Source: Candidatus Bathyarchaeia archaeon
GTDB lineage: Archaea > Thermoproteota > Bathyarchaeia > Bathyarchaeales > Bathycorpusculaceae
Length of the DNA: 64,000 nt
Assembly: GCA_038883795.1 (NCBI GenBank)
Contig: JAVZLK010000001.1
Location: 1-64,000, forward strand
Reading direction: 5' to 3'
Shown here one piece after another: positions 9,807 to 19,703 of this stretch. A model generated the notes under the pieces. That model ran no database searches, was not told the DNA's origin, and saw nothing but the letters and a program-made list of their open reading frames with translations. The position numbers were made by a program, and so were the translations under genes. How positions within the stretch are numbered: the stretch's first letter is position 1; each line of letters starts with the position of its first letter.

Positions 9807-10871
9807 ATGATGGAAAAAAGAAAAGAAGTTTTATCAAGCTTGGAAAATCTTGGACTTAAAACGTATGAACAGCTTGACAGCGGATACTTTCCATCAATAA
9901 CAATGCCAAGCCGCTCCACAGAAAACATCCACTACGACCCACAACTAAGACAATACATTTTGGGGAATAAGACTGTTCGGAGAAGCGCCCGCAACATCCG
10001 CCACTTAAAACCATTCACACAGCTCATTTGGGCGGCGCTCTTCTCTCATGAGCTCACTTCGCAGAGAAAAACTTCAACTCTAAGGGACGTTTACTATTCA
10101 GCCCAAGCCTATGAGATGACATTCACAGACCAAGAAGAATCAAACAACATAATAACAGATTTAGAAACCGTCTTGGGATTTTCAAGGGAGGACTTCAGCA
10201 TTTTTCCAGAAGAACGCTCAGCAGTTTTCGGGGACTTAACGATAGAATATACGGTGCCAGGCTATGAGGGGAGAACCCTAAACTTGACTTCCCATCCAGA
10301 CGGCGTCCTCATTGGACCAGCGTTAACCTCGGCGGAATTTGTGAAAACAACAGCAGACAAAGTTATAGCCATAGAGAAGGGTGGCTTATTCACACGCTTT
10401 ATAGAGGAGAGTGTGCACAAAAAGTTTAACGCCATCCTCGTTTTGACGGCTGGACAAGCGCCAAGAGCCACAAGACACTTTATAAGAAGATTAAATCAGG
10501 AACTGAATCTTCCAGTGTATATTTTCACAGACGGCGACCCATGGGGAATGCACATCGCCATGGTAATAATTTCAGGTTCAGCCAACGCAGCCCACCTACG
10601 CGAGTTAAATACGCCAGACGCCAAATGGAGTGGCGTTTGGGCAACAGACATAGTCAATTATAAATTGCCAACAGACCCCTTGGATGAGGTGGATATGAAG
10701 AGGCTTTATGAGTTGCAGCGAGACCCCCGTTACAAAGACCCGTTGTGGCAGAGGGAAATTAAGACTTTTGTGAAGATTAAGAGGAAGGCTGAACAGGAAG
10801 CCTTCAGCAGATACGGCTTAACATACATAGTTGATGAGTATTTGCCAGAAAAACTTGAGGCAAAAAAGTGA
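9807..10871 (+). CDS. top6A: DNA topoisomerase VI subunit A
   Basis: STLRDVYY catalytic Tyr; TOPRIM IEK and DGDPWG; follows top6B. Confidence 0.96.
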   Translation: MMEKRKEVLSSLENLGLKTYEQLDSGYFPSITMPSRSTENIHYDPQLRQYILGNKTVRRSARNIRHLKPFTQLIWAALFSHELTSQRKTSTLRDVYYSAQAYEMTFTDQEESNNIITDLETVLGFSREDFSIFPEERSAVFGDLTIEYTVPGYEGRTLNLTSHPDGVLIGPALTSAEFVKTTADKVIAIEKGGLFTRFIEESVHKKFNAILVLTAGQAPRATRHFIRRLNQELNLPVYIFTDGDPWGMHIAMVIISGSANAAHLRELNTPDAKWSGVWATDIVNYKLPTDPLDEVDMKRLYELQRDPRYKDPLWQREIKTFVKIKRKAEQEAFSRYGLTYIVDEYLPEKLEAKK

Positions 10872-10944
10872 AGCCAAGGGAAATTTAAAATAACCGTTTA
10901 TGTCTTTATGTAAAAGCACATCTAAACGAAGAAGGAGTTAAAGT

Positions 10945-11145
10945 ATGAGCGAAGGAGAAGCTGGTTTCGGAATAGCATTGGCTGAAAAATTCTTCGGCTT
11001 GTTAATCATGATTGTTGGCGCCTTAGCCACATACTTCACATTTACAAGCTTTAATGATTTGGGAGCCTACACTGGATTTTTCGGATTCCTAAGCATTGTT
11101 TTATTAGTTTTGGGAATTTTCATGTTAACTGCAAAAACAGAATAG
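10945..11145 (+). CDS. small two-TM membrane protein
   Basis: SD AAGGAG; two hydrophobic helices. Confidence 0.7.
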   Translation: MSEGEAGFGIALAEKFFGLLIMIVGALATYFTFTSFNDLGAYTGFFGFLSIVLLVLGIFMLTAKTE

Positions 11146-11241
11146 CCTTAAGCCACGTGTTTGTTGGGAATGGTTTATTTATTATTGAATGCGTATTAAA
11201 CCGTTAGTTTGTTCACTGCTAGAAAAGAGGATGCTGTGGAA

Positions 11242-13023
11242 ATGTCTATTCGTCAGCCTATCGTTTGTGTTCTGGGTCATGTGGATACTGGTAAGACTTT
11301 GCTTTTGGACAAAATCCGCAAGACAAGCGTTCAAGCCCGCGAAGCGGGTGGAATAACACAGCATATTGGCGCAAGCTTCTTTCCGGTTGACACGCTTAAA
11401 CAGCTTGTTGGTCCGCTTTTATCCATGGTTAAGGGTGAGCTGGAAATTCCTGGCTTGCTTGTTATTGACACTCCTGGACATGAGGCTTTTACTAATTTGC
11501 GTAAACGGGGCGGAAGCGTTGCTGACATAGCCATTCTTGTCATTGACATTTTGAGGGGTTTTGAGGCTCAAACTTACGAGTGTATTGAGATACTGAAAGC
11601 TCGGAAGACGCCTTTTCTTGTGGCTGCCAACAAGATAGACCGCATTCCAGGATGGAATTCTTATCCGGACACGCCTTTCATGAAAGCTTATCAGATGCAG
11701 GATGCTTATGTGAAGCAGGATTTGGATAATAGAATATACGACATTATTGGGGTTTTTTCGCGTTTGGGTTTTAGGGCGGACCGTTTTGACCGCATAAGAG
11801 ATTTTACGAAAACTGTGGCTATTGTGCCCACAAGCGCAAAGACTGGCGAGGGCATAACAGAGCTTCTCATGGTTTTGGTTGGTTTGACACAGCAGTACTT
11901 GAAGAAGGAACTGCAGACAACAAGGGGACCAGCGAAAGGCACGGTTTTGGAGGTTAAGGAAGAGCCTGGTTTGGGTTTGACGCTTAACACCATTGTTTAT
12001 GATGGAACGCTGCGAAAGGATGATTTGATTGTTGTTGGCGGTAAGGAAAAGCCGATTGTGACGCGGATTAGGGCTATTTTGGTGCCTAAGCCTTTGGATG
12101 AGATTAGGGATCCGCGGGACCGTTTTTCTTCTGTGGATTCTGTTTCTGCTGCTGCTGGAGTGAAGATTGTGGCGCCAGATTTAGAAGGAGCCTTAGCTGG
12201 GGCGCCTTTGTATGCTGTTGGCGAGGGCGAAAAGGTGGATGATTATGTTAAGGCGGTTTCCGAAGAGATTGAGCGGATTAGGATTGCGACTGATGTTGAG
12301 GGGGTTGTTTTGAAGGCTGACACGCTTGGCTCTTTAGAGGCTATTGCTGAAAACCTAAAGCGTAATAATGTGCCTGTTCGGCTTGCGGATGTGGGGGATG
12401 TTTCAAAGCGGGATGTTACTGAAGCGTCTGTTGTTAGAGAGCACGAGCCATATTATGGGGTTGTTTTGGCTTTTAACGTCAAAGTTTTGCCAGACGCCCA
12501 AGAAGAAGCAAATGCCAAAGGTGTTCAAATTTTTCAGGAAAAAATAATTTACCATTTGATAGATAATTATTTGTCTTGGCTTAAGAGCCAACGGGAAGCA
12601 AAGATTGAGCAGGAATTTGCGAATCTGGTTAAACCCGCAAAGATTCAGATTATGGAAGGCTATGTTTTCAGAAGGGCGAAGCCAGCAATAGTGGGCGTGG
12701 AAGTTTTAGCGGGAAAGATTAAGCCTAAACTTGCGCTTATAAGGGCTGAGGACGGCGAAGAAGTTGGCGAGATACAGCAAATCCAAGAGAAAGGTAAAGC
12801 CTTACCAGAAGCCGGTAAGGGTATGCAAGTAGCCATAAGCCTTGACAAGCCCATAGTTGGTAGGCACATTTTTGAGAAGGATATTTTGTATGTGAAGGTG
12901 CCAGAACAACACGCGAAGGCTTTGCAAACAATGTTTATGGACAAGTTGAGTGTGGAGGAGCAGGAAGCATTAAACGAGTATGTAAACGTAATGAAAAAGA
13001 AAACACCATACTGGACAGCATGA
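11242..13023 (+). CDS. infB: translation initiation factor aIF5B (IF-2)
   Basis: RQPIV..LGHVDTGKT, DTPGHEAF, NKID; no intein. Confidence 0.97.
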   Translation: MSIRQPIVCVLGHVDTGKTLLLDKIRKTSVQAREAGGITQHIGASFFPVDTLKQLVGPLLSMVKGELEIPGLLVIDTPGHEAFTNLRKRGGSVADIAILVIDILRGFEAQTYECIEILKARKTPFLVAANKIDRIPGWNSYPDTPFMKAYQMQDAYVKQDLDNRIYDIIGVFSRLGFRADRFDRIRDFTKTVAIVPTSAKTGEGITELLMVLVGLTQQYLKKELQTTRGPAKGTVLEVKEEPGLGLTLNTIVYDGTLRKDDLIVVGGKEKPIVTRIRAILVPKPLDEIRDPRDRFSSVDSVSAAAGVKIVAPDLEGALAGAPLYAVGEGEKVDDYVKAVSEEIERIRIATDVEGVVLKADTLGSLEAIAENLKRNNVPVRLADVGDVSKRDVTEASVVREHEPYYGVVLAFNVKVLPDAQEEANAKGVQIFQEKIIYHLIDNYLSWLKSQREAKIEQEFANLVKPAKIQIMEGYVFRRAKPAIVGVEVLAGKIKPKLALIRAEDGEEVGEIQQIQEKGKALPEAGKGMQVAISLDKPIVGRHIFEKDILYVKVPEQHAKALQTMFMDKLSVEEQEALNEYVNVMKKKTPYWTA

Positions 13024-13074
13024 AATGTTAATAAGAGAAATTAAAAAAATCAAAATTATGGAGAAAACACTATA

Positions 13075-14073
13075 ATGTGCCTTAAAATGGTTACAAAAAT
13101 GGGTCCAACCATATTTTTTGATAAATACCAAAAGCTAGATGGCGCTGAAGCAATCATGGTAAGAAAAATTGGGGACGGTTCCGTTATAGAAAGATTTGCC
13201 AAGATCCCCGTTCCGCGCTCACCAATAGACATAGTATGCCCAACTTTTTTGGAACTTAGATGGGCATATGGATGCCCATTTAATTGTTCTTATTGTTACC
13301 TTCAAGGAACATTACGTTTCTTGCCAACAGAAAAACAACCACGTCCCAAACTGGAAAGTAAAGTGAAAATGCATATTTTAACATTTTTAACAAAAGTAGC
13401 TGACAACATGAAGGAAATCCTTAATACAGGTGAACTAGCGGATTCATTGATGTTTGAAGGAACAAGAAAGGCTATTTCTCATGTGGTTTTACCACTCTTC
13501 AAGGAGCGAAATCCATACGGACATAAGGCATTACTTCTCACCAAATCTGACAAAATAGAAGAATTATTAAAAGGAGAATTTCAGAGAAGCGTTATTGCCA
13601 GTTTCAGCATAAATACCGAAACAGTAGCACGTAGATGGGAAAAGGGCACAGCCCTACCGAAAGATCGAATTACCGCTGCATCAAAATTATTTGAAGAAGG
13701 GTATGAAGTTAGGGTTCGCCTTGATCCTATGATACCTTATCCTGAAGATAATTGGAAGGAAGAATATATGGATTTAATTGATGAAATTTTTGATGTGATA
13801 ATACCCGAGCGAATAACGATAGGTTCATTGAGAGGGTTACAAACAACCATAAACCATGCGAGTGATACTTCTTGGGTTTTATATTTAGAGGAAAATTCAA
13901 AATGGGGAAAGAGAATTTTAACTAAAACTAGGCTTAACATGTATGCTACGGTTATCGACTATCTTCGGAAGAAATATGACTATGATAAAGTTGCACTATG
14001 CAAAGAACCAGTTTTTATATGGGAAAAACTTCAATTGAATTGGAAAAAATGTAGTTGCAACTGCGTGTGGTAA
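13075..14073 (+). CDS. spore-photoproduct-lyase-like radical SAM protein
   Basis: CPFNCSYCYLQ (CxxxCxxC), GELADSL, LLTKS, SFSIN, RLDPMI, ALCKE. Confidence 0.8.
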   Translation: MCLKMVTKMGPTIFFDKYQKLDGAEAIMVRKIGDGSVIERFAKIPVPRSPIDIVCPTFLELRWAYGCPFNCSYCYLQGTLRFLPTEKQPRPKLESKVKMHILTFLTKVADNMKEILNTGELADSLMFEGTRKAISHVVLPLFKERNPYGHKALLLTKSDKIEELLKGEFQRSVIASFSINTETVARRWEKGTALPKDRITAASKLFEEGYEVRVRLDPMIPYPEDNWKEEYMDLIDEIFDVIIPERITIGSLRGLQTTINHASDTSWVLYLEENSKWGKRILTKTRLNMYATVIDYLRKKYDYDKVALCKEPVFIWEKLQLNWKKCSCNCVW

Positions 14074-14999
14074 ACTTGGGTAAACGGAAAACACACTTTG
14101 AGTGGTGGATGGAAAGAATCGAGAAGTTAAAAGGTTATCAAGAAGAAGCAAAACATTTGTATGAAATTACAAAAACAGCTTATCCTGCTCATTCTTGGAC
14201 CATACTTAAACTTTCAATTTTAGCTTATTACGTGGATCTTTATACTGTCATAATAAAGTCCCACTACGAATCTGCCTTCTACCTCGATTTATGCGCTGGA
14301 TGTGGGTTAAATCATATACAAGAAACGGGCGACATTGTTCTAGGTTCAGCTGTTATTGCAGATCGTATACCACGAGGTAACAAAAAATTTGACCAGCTAA
14401 TCCTAATTGAACAAGACCAAAAGAAGGCAGAAGCACTTAAAGGGATTCTTCCAAATGCGCAAATTATCCACGGCGATTCAAATAGCAGCATACTTACTGA
14501 AATTTTGAGCGAAATAGACAACAGACCACGCAGTCACTTCCTTGCTTTTATCGATCCAGAAGCAGACGAAATTCACTGGCAGACCATAGAGACGCTATTA
14601 AAAACGCGAGGAGACATAATCATAAATTACATGTGCACAAGCATCAGGCGAATATGGGGGAATGCATGCAGAAGTGCAGAAAAATTCGTTGAAAGAATGG
14701 ATAGATTTTTCGGTGATGAATCTTGGAAAGCATGTTCTCATGCTGAGGATCTTTTTGAGTTGTACCTTAAGAAAGTTAAAAAGTACAAAGAAGTGGTTAT
14801 TCCCATTGAAGTTAAAGGTCCAAAAGGTTTCCACTATCATGTTATAGTTGCTGTGAGAAAAACAAGAGGAACACAGCCATGGATTCAGGTAATTGAGAAG
14901 GCAAAACGGCAAATCGAAAAGGCAAGTCATGAAGATGCGGAACAATTTTTGCGAGTGTTTTCTGGAAAACAAAAAACTCTGGATATGCCCTTTCATTAG
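14055..14999 (+). CDS. tcmP: three-Cys-motif partner protein (TcmP family, SAM methyltransferase fold)
   Basis: WTILKL..L.YY, YLDLCAGCG, GSA, IE.D, GDSN, FIDP, I.WQTI, DIIINY; overlaps the radical SAM gene; exact start uncertain. Confidence 0.8.
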   Translation: MQLRVVNLGKRKTHFEWWMERIEKLKGYQEEAKHLYEITKTAYPAHSWTILKLSILAYYVDLYTVIIKSHYESAFYLDLCAGCGLNHIQETGDIVLGSAVIADRIPRGNKKFDQLILIEQDQKKAEALKGILPNAQIIHGDSNSSILTEILSEIDNRPRSHFLAFIDPEADEIHWQTIETLLKTRGDIIINYMCTSIRRIWGNACRSAEKFVERMDRFFGDESWKACSHAEDLFELYLKKVKKYKEVVIPIEVKGPKGFHYHVIVAVRKTRGTQPWIQVIEKAKRQIEKASHEDAEQFLRVFSGKQKTLDMPFH

Positions 15000-15997
15000 A
15001 ATTTTGAAATATACCATAGAGTAAAATTGGTAGCTCCATATAATGCATTTATTGCTTCTCTATCTGACACTGGAAAACGGCTTCTATGAACGGCTGAAAT
15101 CCGCGCGTCGTTTGCCATTTCTATTGCCCTAACGATATCTGGTGAAAAATCAATTTTTCCCCTTATTTGACGAAATATATCACCTAACGGAACATCGGGA
15201 GCTGGTGTTTTATGTATTTCCTCATATAAATCAGCAAGTACGCTCTCAACACAGATTGCAGATAGAACTATTGATGTTCTCCACTCATTCAAGAAAATGT
15301 ACTGAATCGCACCTTGAAGAAAACTTTTTAGGTCTGACGGAACATTGATACTTGCATCATCTTCAAGCCAAAGTTTAGTAGCTAAAGGATAAGGTCGAAA
15401 CGTGTACCTTGTCGAAAATTGTTTTCTTTCCTTTAATACCTTCATCTGCTCTTTTATAGGTGGTATACATTCCAAATACTTCTTGAAAGCTAAAAGACCA
15501 TCTTCTTTTATAGTTACGATATCAAATAACCATTCCATATCCTTAATATGTTCTTTTTCAATTGCAAATACATCCTTAACTCTGGCATCAACATGAGAAA
15601 CAAAAATATTAAGTGGATGTGGTCTTGGAACTTTTATCTTTCTAATTTTACCTGAGGGAAGCTTCACCTCCCTTTGTCGACATAATAAATTTCCTAAATC
15701 CGTGGGGAATTCGTCTAAGGTAGCGAAAAATTGTAAAGTTCTGGTCAATGTCTCAAAAAAAGTTTCCTCCTCTGCCATTTCGATTTCCTCTTCAAACTCT
15801 TTCAAAATTTCATTTAATCTGGAGATTTTTCTATCAGACGCCCTTCTTAAAATGCCCTTTTTTCCCTCACATGATTCCTTGTATTTATCAATTAGTCCCT
15901 TCAACCAATTATCCATGACGGAAAAGTTCAATATACATTTGTAATTATAGACGCCGACTTCCATGGGATTCCGTAAATACTTAATGATAACTTCCAC
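14996..15997 (-). CDS. hypothetical protein with C-terminal HEPN-like domain
   Basis: WRTSIVLSAICVESVL helix, LG..F, then RISAVH (RxxxxH). Confidence 0.6.
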   Translation of the reverse strand: MEVIIKYLRNPMEVGVYNYKCILNFSVMDNWLKGLIDKYKESCEGKKGILRRASDRKISRLNEILKEFEEEIEMAEEETFFETLTRTLQFFATLDEFPTDLGNLLCRQREVKLPSGKIRKIKVPRPHPLNIFVSHVDARVKDVFAIEKEHIKDMEWLFDIVTIKEDGLLAFKKYLECIPPIKEQMKVLKERKQFSTRYTFRPYPLATKLWLEDDASINVPSDLKSFLQGAIQYIFLNEWRTSIVLSAICVESVLADLYEEIHKTPAPDVPLGDIFRQIRGKIDFSPDIVRAIEMANDARISAVHRSRFPVSDREAINALYGATNFTLWYISKF

Positions 15998-16139
15998 AAT
16001 TTATCCCGATAATAATATCATTAACCAAAAACTAATAAAATTTTGCCGCGTACTATTTCATAGCTCTGATGATTTTCCCTATTGGACATGCATTTATAAG
16101 AGGTATTTAAAAGACGGCAAAATACTGACAAAAATAAGT

Positions 16140-17252
16140 TTATGTTAGTAGGTGTATGTTTCCTATGCGTGTATTGGTTAAGTGTTTTTGTGCTGCTTTT
16201 TGGCATTCCACGGCTTGTTTTTTGGTTGTTGTGGGCAAATCATTCATCACATAGCATGGATAAAAAGCCAAAAGCGTATACGGAATATTCACGTTCACTT
16301 CACTTATGAATTTGGCAATATTCTCCACTTCTTCAGCATCCACGTAACCAGGCACAAGCAAAGTGCTAGCCGTAAGCATTGGCAGTTCCTCCCGCTTACT
16401 ATAATATTTTTCTCCTATTAGGCGAAAATTTTCCAGAGAAGGCTTGTTGGACACTCCGCAAAGCGCCAATGCCAGCTCTTCACTGTAAGCTTTTAAATCA
16501 AATTTTATGTTGCCACCGCTTGCTAAAGCGTATTCCGCCGCCCGTTCAGCCAATTTCGGATTCATATAACCATTTGTTTCCCAGCAAATCCGCAAAATAC
16601 GGTTTTCAGCCCTCGCCTTTTCCAATGCTATGCGACTAACCTCCAATGAATGAGGCATTTGAGGCGAAGGGTCGCCGCCAAAATAGCATATACAAGAAAC
16701 ATGCTTTTCCACCCGGGCGGCAAGGGCTTCAGCGCTCGTAACAGGCTTGTGTTTGGCGGACAGGTTGCGGTAATGCCAATTCTGGCAGAAGAGACAATCG
16801 TAACTGCAGGCGCCATAAAAAACAGCCAAATTCGAATAGCCATACTCTGCAGAAGGCTTGTAGGCATACCGCGGATAGCCAGCGCCAGTGCAGCCAGGAC
16901 AAAACCACCAGCTAACGCAGTTGGTTGGCAAACCATCATAATACCACTCCAAAACGCCCTTATCCGCAGTACCGCCAAAACGAACCAAACGCCCACTCAT
17001 ATTCCAGACCAAACCACAAAAACCGCTGTTGCCAACACCAATAACACAATTGTTAGCACAAACACCACACGCAATTCCACCCTCATCCCTCGGCGGCTTC
17101 GCGGGCAAACCAAAAACAGTCCGACTCTTCGCATGCGCTTCATCAGCAATCACAAGCGCTTCTTCAGGCTTCTTCCGTATACATTTGAGGCAGACGCCCA
17201 AATTCTCTGATATTGTAAGCGAACTTTCACCGCAAACTTTGCATTTTCCCAT
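16140..17252 (-). CDS. radical SAM protein (PFL-activase/AmmeMemoRadiSam-like)
   Basis: CSYDCLFC, GGDP, WETNG, KFDLK; N-terminal Cys clusters. Confidence 0.85.
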   Translation of the reverse strand: MGKCKVCGESSLTISENLGVCLKCIRKKPEEALVIADEAHAKSRTVFGLPAKPPRDEGGIACGVCANNCVIGVGNSGFCGLVWNMSGRLVRFGGTADKGVLEWYYDGLPTNCVSWWFCPGCTGAGYPRYAYKPSAEYGYSNLAVFYGACSYDCLFCQNWHYRNLSAKHKPVTSAEALAARVEKHVSCICYFGGDPSPQMPHSLEVSRIALEKARAENRILRICWETNGYMNPKLAERAAEYALASGGNIKFDLKAYSEELALALCGVSNKPSLENFRLIGEKYYSKREELPMLTASTLLVPGYVDAEEVENIAKFISEVNVNIPYTLLAFYPCYVMNDLPTTTKKQAVECQKAAQKHLTNTRIGNIHLLT

Positions 17253-17287
17253 AACAAACTCAAAAATAAACTAGGCAAACAAGCCTA

Positions 17288-17393
17288 AAAATCTATAGAG
17301 GGGTATCCAATTTGCGAAAGAAAACACTGATAAATTTGACAATAAAACATAGAGGGTGGGGCTACCGTATTGCGATGGAAAAACGCCAAAAAT
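17288..17393. repeat. intergenic dispersed element, copy 1
   Basis: Colinear blocks shared with the reverse complement of 52204-52307. Confidence 0.75.
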
Positions 17394-17394
17394 G

Positions 17395-17688
17395 CTAACC
17401 GCCGCCCACTGGCGGAATTATCGCCAGAACATCCCCATCAGAAAGCTCAGTCTCTAAACCCTTAAGCGTAGAAGCGCTCCTGCCATTAATTAGAAACTGC
17501 AGAAAACCCTTAACTTCGCCCGTCTTACTATCATAAAGATAATCATCAAAATCCTTTCCATAACGCTCACTCAACCGCCTAAGAACACTATCCACAGTAA
17601 CCCTTTCATCATCAGAAAACTCCAAAGTTTCTTCTCGCTTACCAACAATCTCTCTAAGGCTTGTGAAGAAACGCACCGAAACCCGCAT
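17395..17688 (-). CDS. MoaD/SAMP ubiquitin-like sulfur carrier
   Basis: beta-grasp pattern VRFF..LRE...DGDVLAIIPPVGGG with C-terminal GG. Confidence 0.92.
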   Translation of the reverse strand: MRVSVRFFTSLREIVGKREETLEFSDDERVTVDSVLRRLSERYGKDFDDYLYDSKTGEVKGFLQFLINGRSASTLKGLETELSDGDVLAIIPPVGGG

Positions 17689-17845
17689 GGCAAACCACCA
17701 AAGATCAAATTTAGCAAGCCAAAATTTAAACTGTTACCAAGCCAATGGCGCATTCGCAAAAACAAAAGTAAAAGTTTATATTTTAGGGCTTTTTTGCTAT
17801 TCGGAATAGCTAAAAATAACATTCTAACAAAATGGAGGAATTTGT

Positions 17846-19498
17846 ATGGCATACTTAACAACAACCCAGTCTGGACAACCAGTCCTAATCCTAAAAGAAG
17901 GCACAACCCGCAGCCGCGGAAGAGAAGCCCAAAGAAACAATATCATGGCGGCACGCATCATAGGCGAAGTCCTAAAAACCACCCTTGGACCGCGAGGAAT
18001 GGACAAAATGCTCATTGACAGCCTAGGCGACATAACAATAACCAACGACGGCGCAGCCATCCTAGACGAAATAGAAGTGGAACACCCAGCAGCAAAAATG
18101 ATGGTTGAAATAGCAAAAACCCAAGACGACATGGTAGGAGACGGAACAACAACAGCCGTAGTCCTAGCAGGAGAACTCCTCAAAAAAGCAGAAGAACTCC
18201 TAGACCAAAACATTCACCCAACAATAATCGTGAGCGGTTATAGAAAAGCAGCTCAAAAAGCCGTAGAAACAATAAACAAAATCGCCACGCCAGTAGACAT
18301 CGAAGACAGAGAAACTCTAAAGAAAGTGGCATTAACATCCATGGCAAGCAAAGCCGTAGGTCCAGCAAAAGAGCACTTGGCAGAAATAGCCATAGACGCA
18401 GTCAAACAAATAGCAGAAAAACGCGGAGACAAACTGATAGCAGACATAGACAACATACAAATAATAAAGAAAACAGGAAAAAGCCTCCTTGAGTCGCAAC
18501 TAGTAAAAGGCTTAATAATAGACAAAGAAGTTGTCCACCCAGGAATGCCCAAAAAACTAGAAAACGCAAAAATCGCCTTGCTCGACTGCCCACTAGAAAT
18601 TGAAAAAACAGAATTCAGCGCAGAAATCCGCATCCGCGACCCGCTTCAAATGAAAGCCTTCCTAGACCAAGAAACAAAAATGCTCAAAGAAATGGTAGAC
18701 AAAATAAAGGCAGTAGGCGCCAACGTAGTCTTCTGCCAAAAAGGCATCGATGACATGGCGCAACACTTCCTAGCAAAAGAAGGCATACTCGCAGCCAGAC
18801 GCGTAAAACAATCAGACATGGAAAAACTCGCAAGAGCAACGGGCGGAAGAATAATCACAGATTTAGACGACTTAACAGCGCAAGATTTGGGCGAAGCTGG
18901 CATTGTTGAAGAACGCAAAATTGGCGAGGACAAAATGATTTTCGTGGAAAAATGCAAAGACCCGCGGTCTGTGGCTGTGCTTATAAGGGCTGGACTTGAA
19001 AGAATGGTTGACGAAGCAGAAAGAGCCATGACAGACGCCCTATCCGTAGTATCAGACGTAATAGAAAACAACAAAATAGTCGCAGGCGGCGGCGCAGTAG
19101 AAGTAGAAATCGCCAAAGAACTCCGCGACTACGCCACAAAAGTCGGCGGAAGAGAACAACTAGCCATAGAAGCCTTCGCCGACGCCATAGAAATAGTCCC
19201 AAGAACATTAGCTGAAAACGCTGGACTCGAACCAATAGACATAATCGTAGAACTACGAGCAGCCCACGAGAAAAAAGACGGAAACGCTATGGGAGTAAAC
19301 GTTTTCACAGGAAAAGTCGAAAACATGCAGGAAAACGGTGTAGTAGAACCATTAATAGTCAAAGAACAAGCAGTAAAATCCGCCGCAGAATCAGCATCAA
19401 TGATACTCCGCATAGACGACGTAATAGCAGCAACAAAACCAAAAGAAGAAAAAGCACCAGAAAAACCACCAGGCGAAGGCGAAAGCGAAGAATACTAA
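17846..19498 (+). CDS. thermosome (group II chaperonin) subunit
   Basis: [28 protein letters not shown]. Confidence 0.97.
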   Translation: MAYLTTTQSGQPVLILKEGTTRSRGREAQRNNIMAARIIGEVLKTTLGPRGMDKMLIDSLGDITITNDGAAILDEIEVEHPAAKMMVEIAKTQDDMVGDGTTTAVVLAGELLKKAEELLDQNIHPTIIVSGYRKAAQKAVETINKIATPVDIEDRETLKKVALTSMASKAVGPAKEHLAEIAIDAVKQIAEKRGDKLIADIDNIQIIKKTGKSLLESQLVKGLIIDKEVVHPGMPKKLENAKIALLDCPLEIEKTEFSAEIRIRDPLQMKAFLDQETKMLKEMVDKIKAVGANVVFCQKGIDDMAQHFLAKEGILAARRVKQSDMEKLARATGGRIITDLDDLTAQDLGEAGIVEERKIGEDKMIFVEKCKDPRSVAVLIRAGLERMVDEAERAMTDALSVVSDVIENNKIVAGGGAVEVEIAKELRDYATKVGGREQLAIEAFADAIEIVPRTLAENAGLEPIDIIVELRAAHEKKDGNAMGVNVFTGKVENMQENGVVEPLIVKEQAVKSAAESASMILRIDDVIAATKPKEEKAPEKPPGEGESEEY

Positions 19499-19562
19499 AC
19501 CCATAAACCCCAAATTTTTCTATAAAATCTTTTTAGAACGTATACAGAAAATTTAATCCGTA

Positions 19563-19580
19563 CGAAGAAATATTTATTTA
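19563..19580 (+). promoter_or_regulatory. putative BRE/TATA promoter of the riboswitch operon
   Basis: cGAAGAAA-TATTTATTTA about 30 nt upstream of the aptamer. Confidence 0.45.
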
Positions 19581-19610
19581 CTTTTTTACTATACTTTCCA
19601 GAAATATAAA

Positions 19611-19672
19611 GGCGATGAAGCTCGCCTTCAACCGCCCTTGCTTCTGCAGGTGCAGGGGCTGATAGCTTCTAC
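19611..19672 (+). ncRNA. fluoride (crcB) riboswitch aptamer
   Basis: GGCGAUGAAGCUCGCC..AACCGCCCUUGC..GCAGGGGCUGAUAGCUUCUAC; P1 GGCG/CGCC, P2 19634-41/19652-59, pseudoknot GAAGCU 19617-22/AGCUUC 19664-69. Confidence 0.92.
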
Positions 19673-19703
19673 TCAACAATAAAGCGTAAGAGGGTATGTT
19701 AGA

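Noticed and set aside
16650-17210. 186-aa Thr/Asn-rich plus-strand ORF (and similar shadow ORFs in the thermosome gene)
   Set aside because: Antisense to a clear gene; explained by the local A/C skew reducing stop codons
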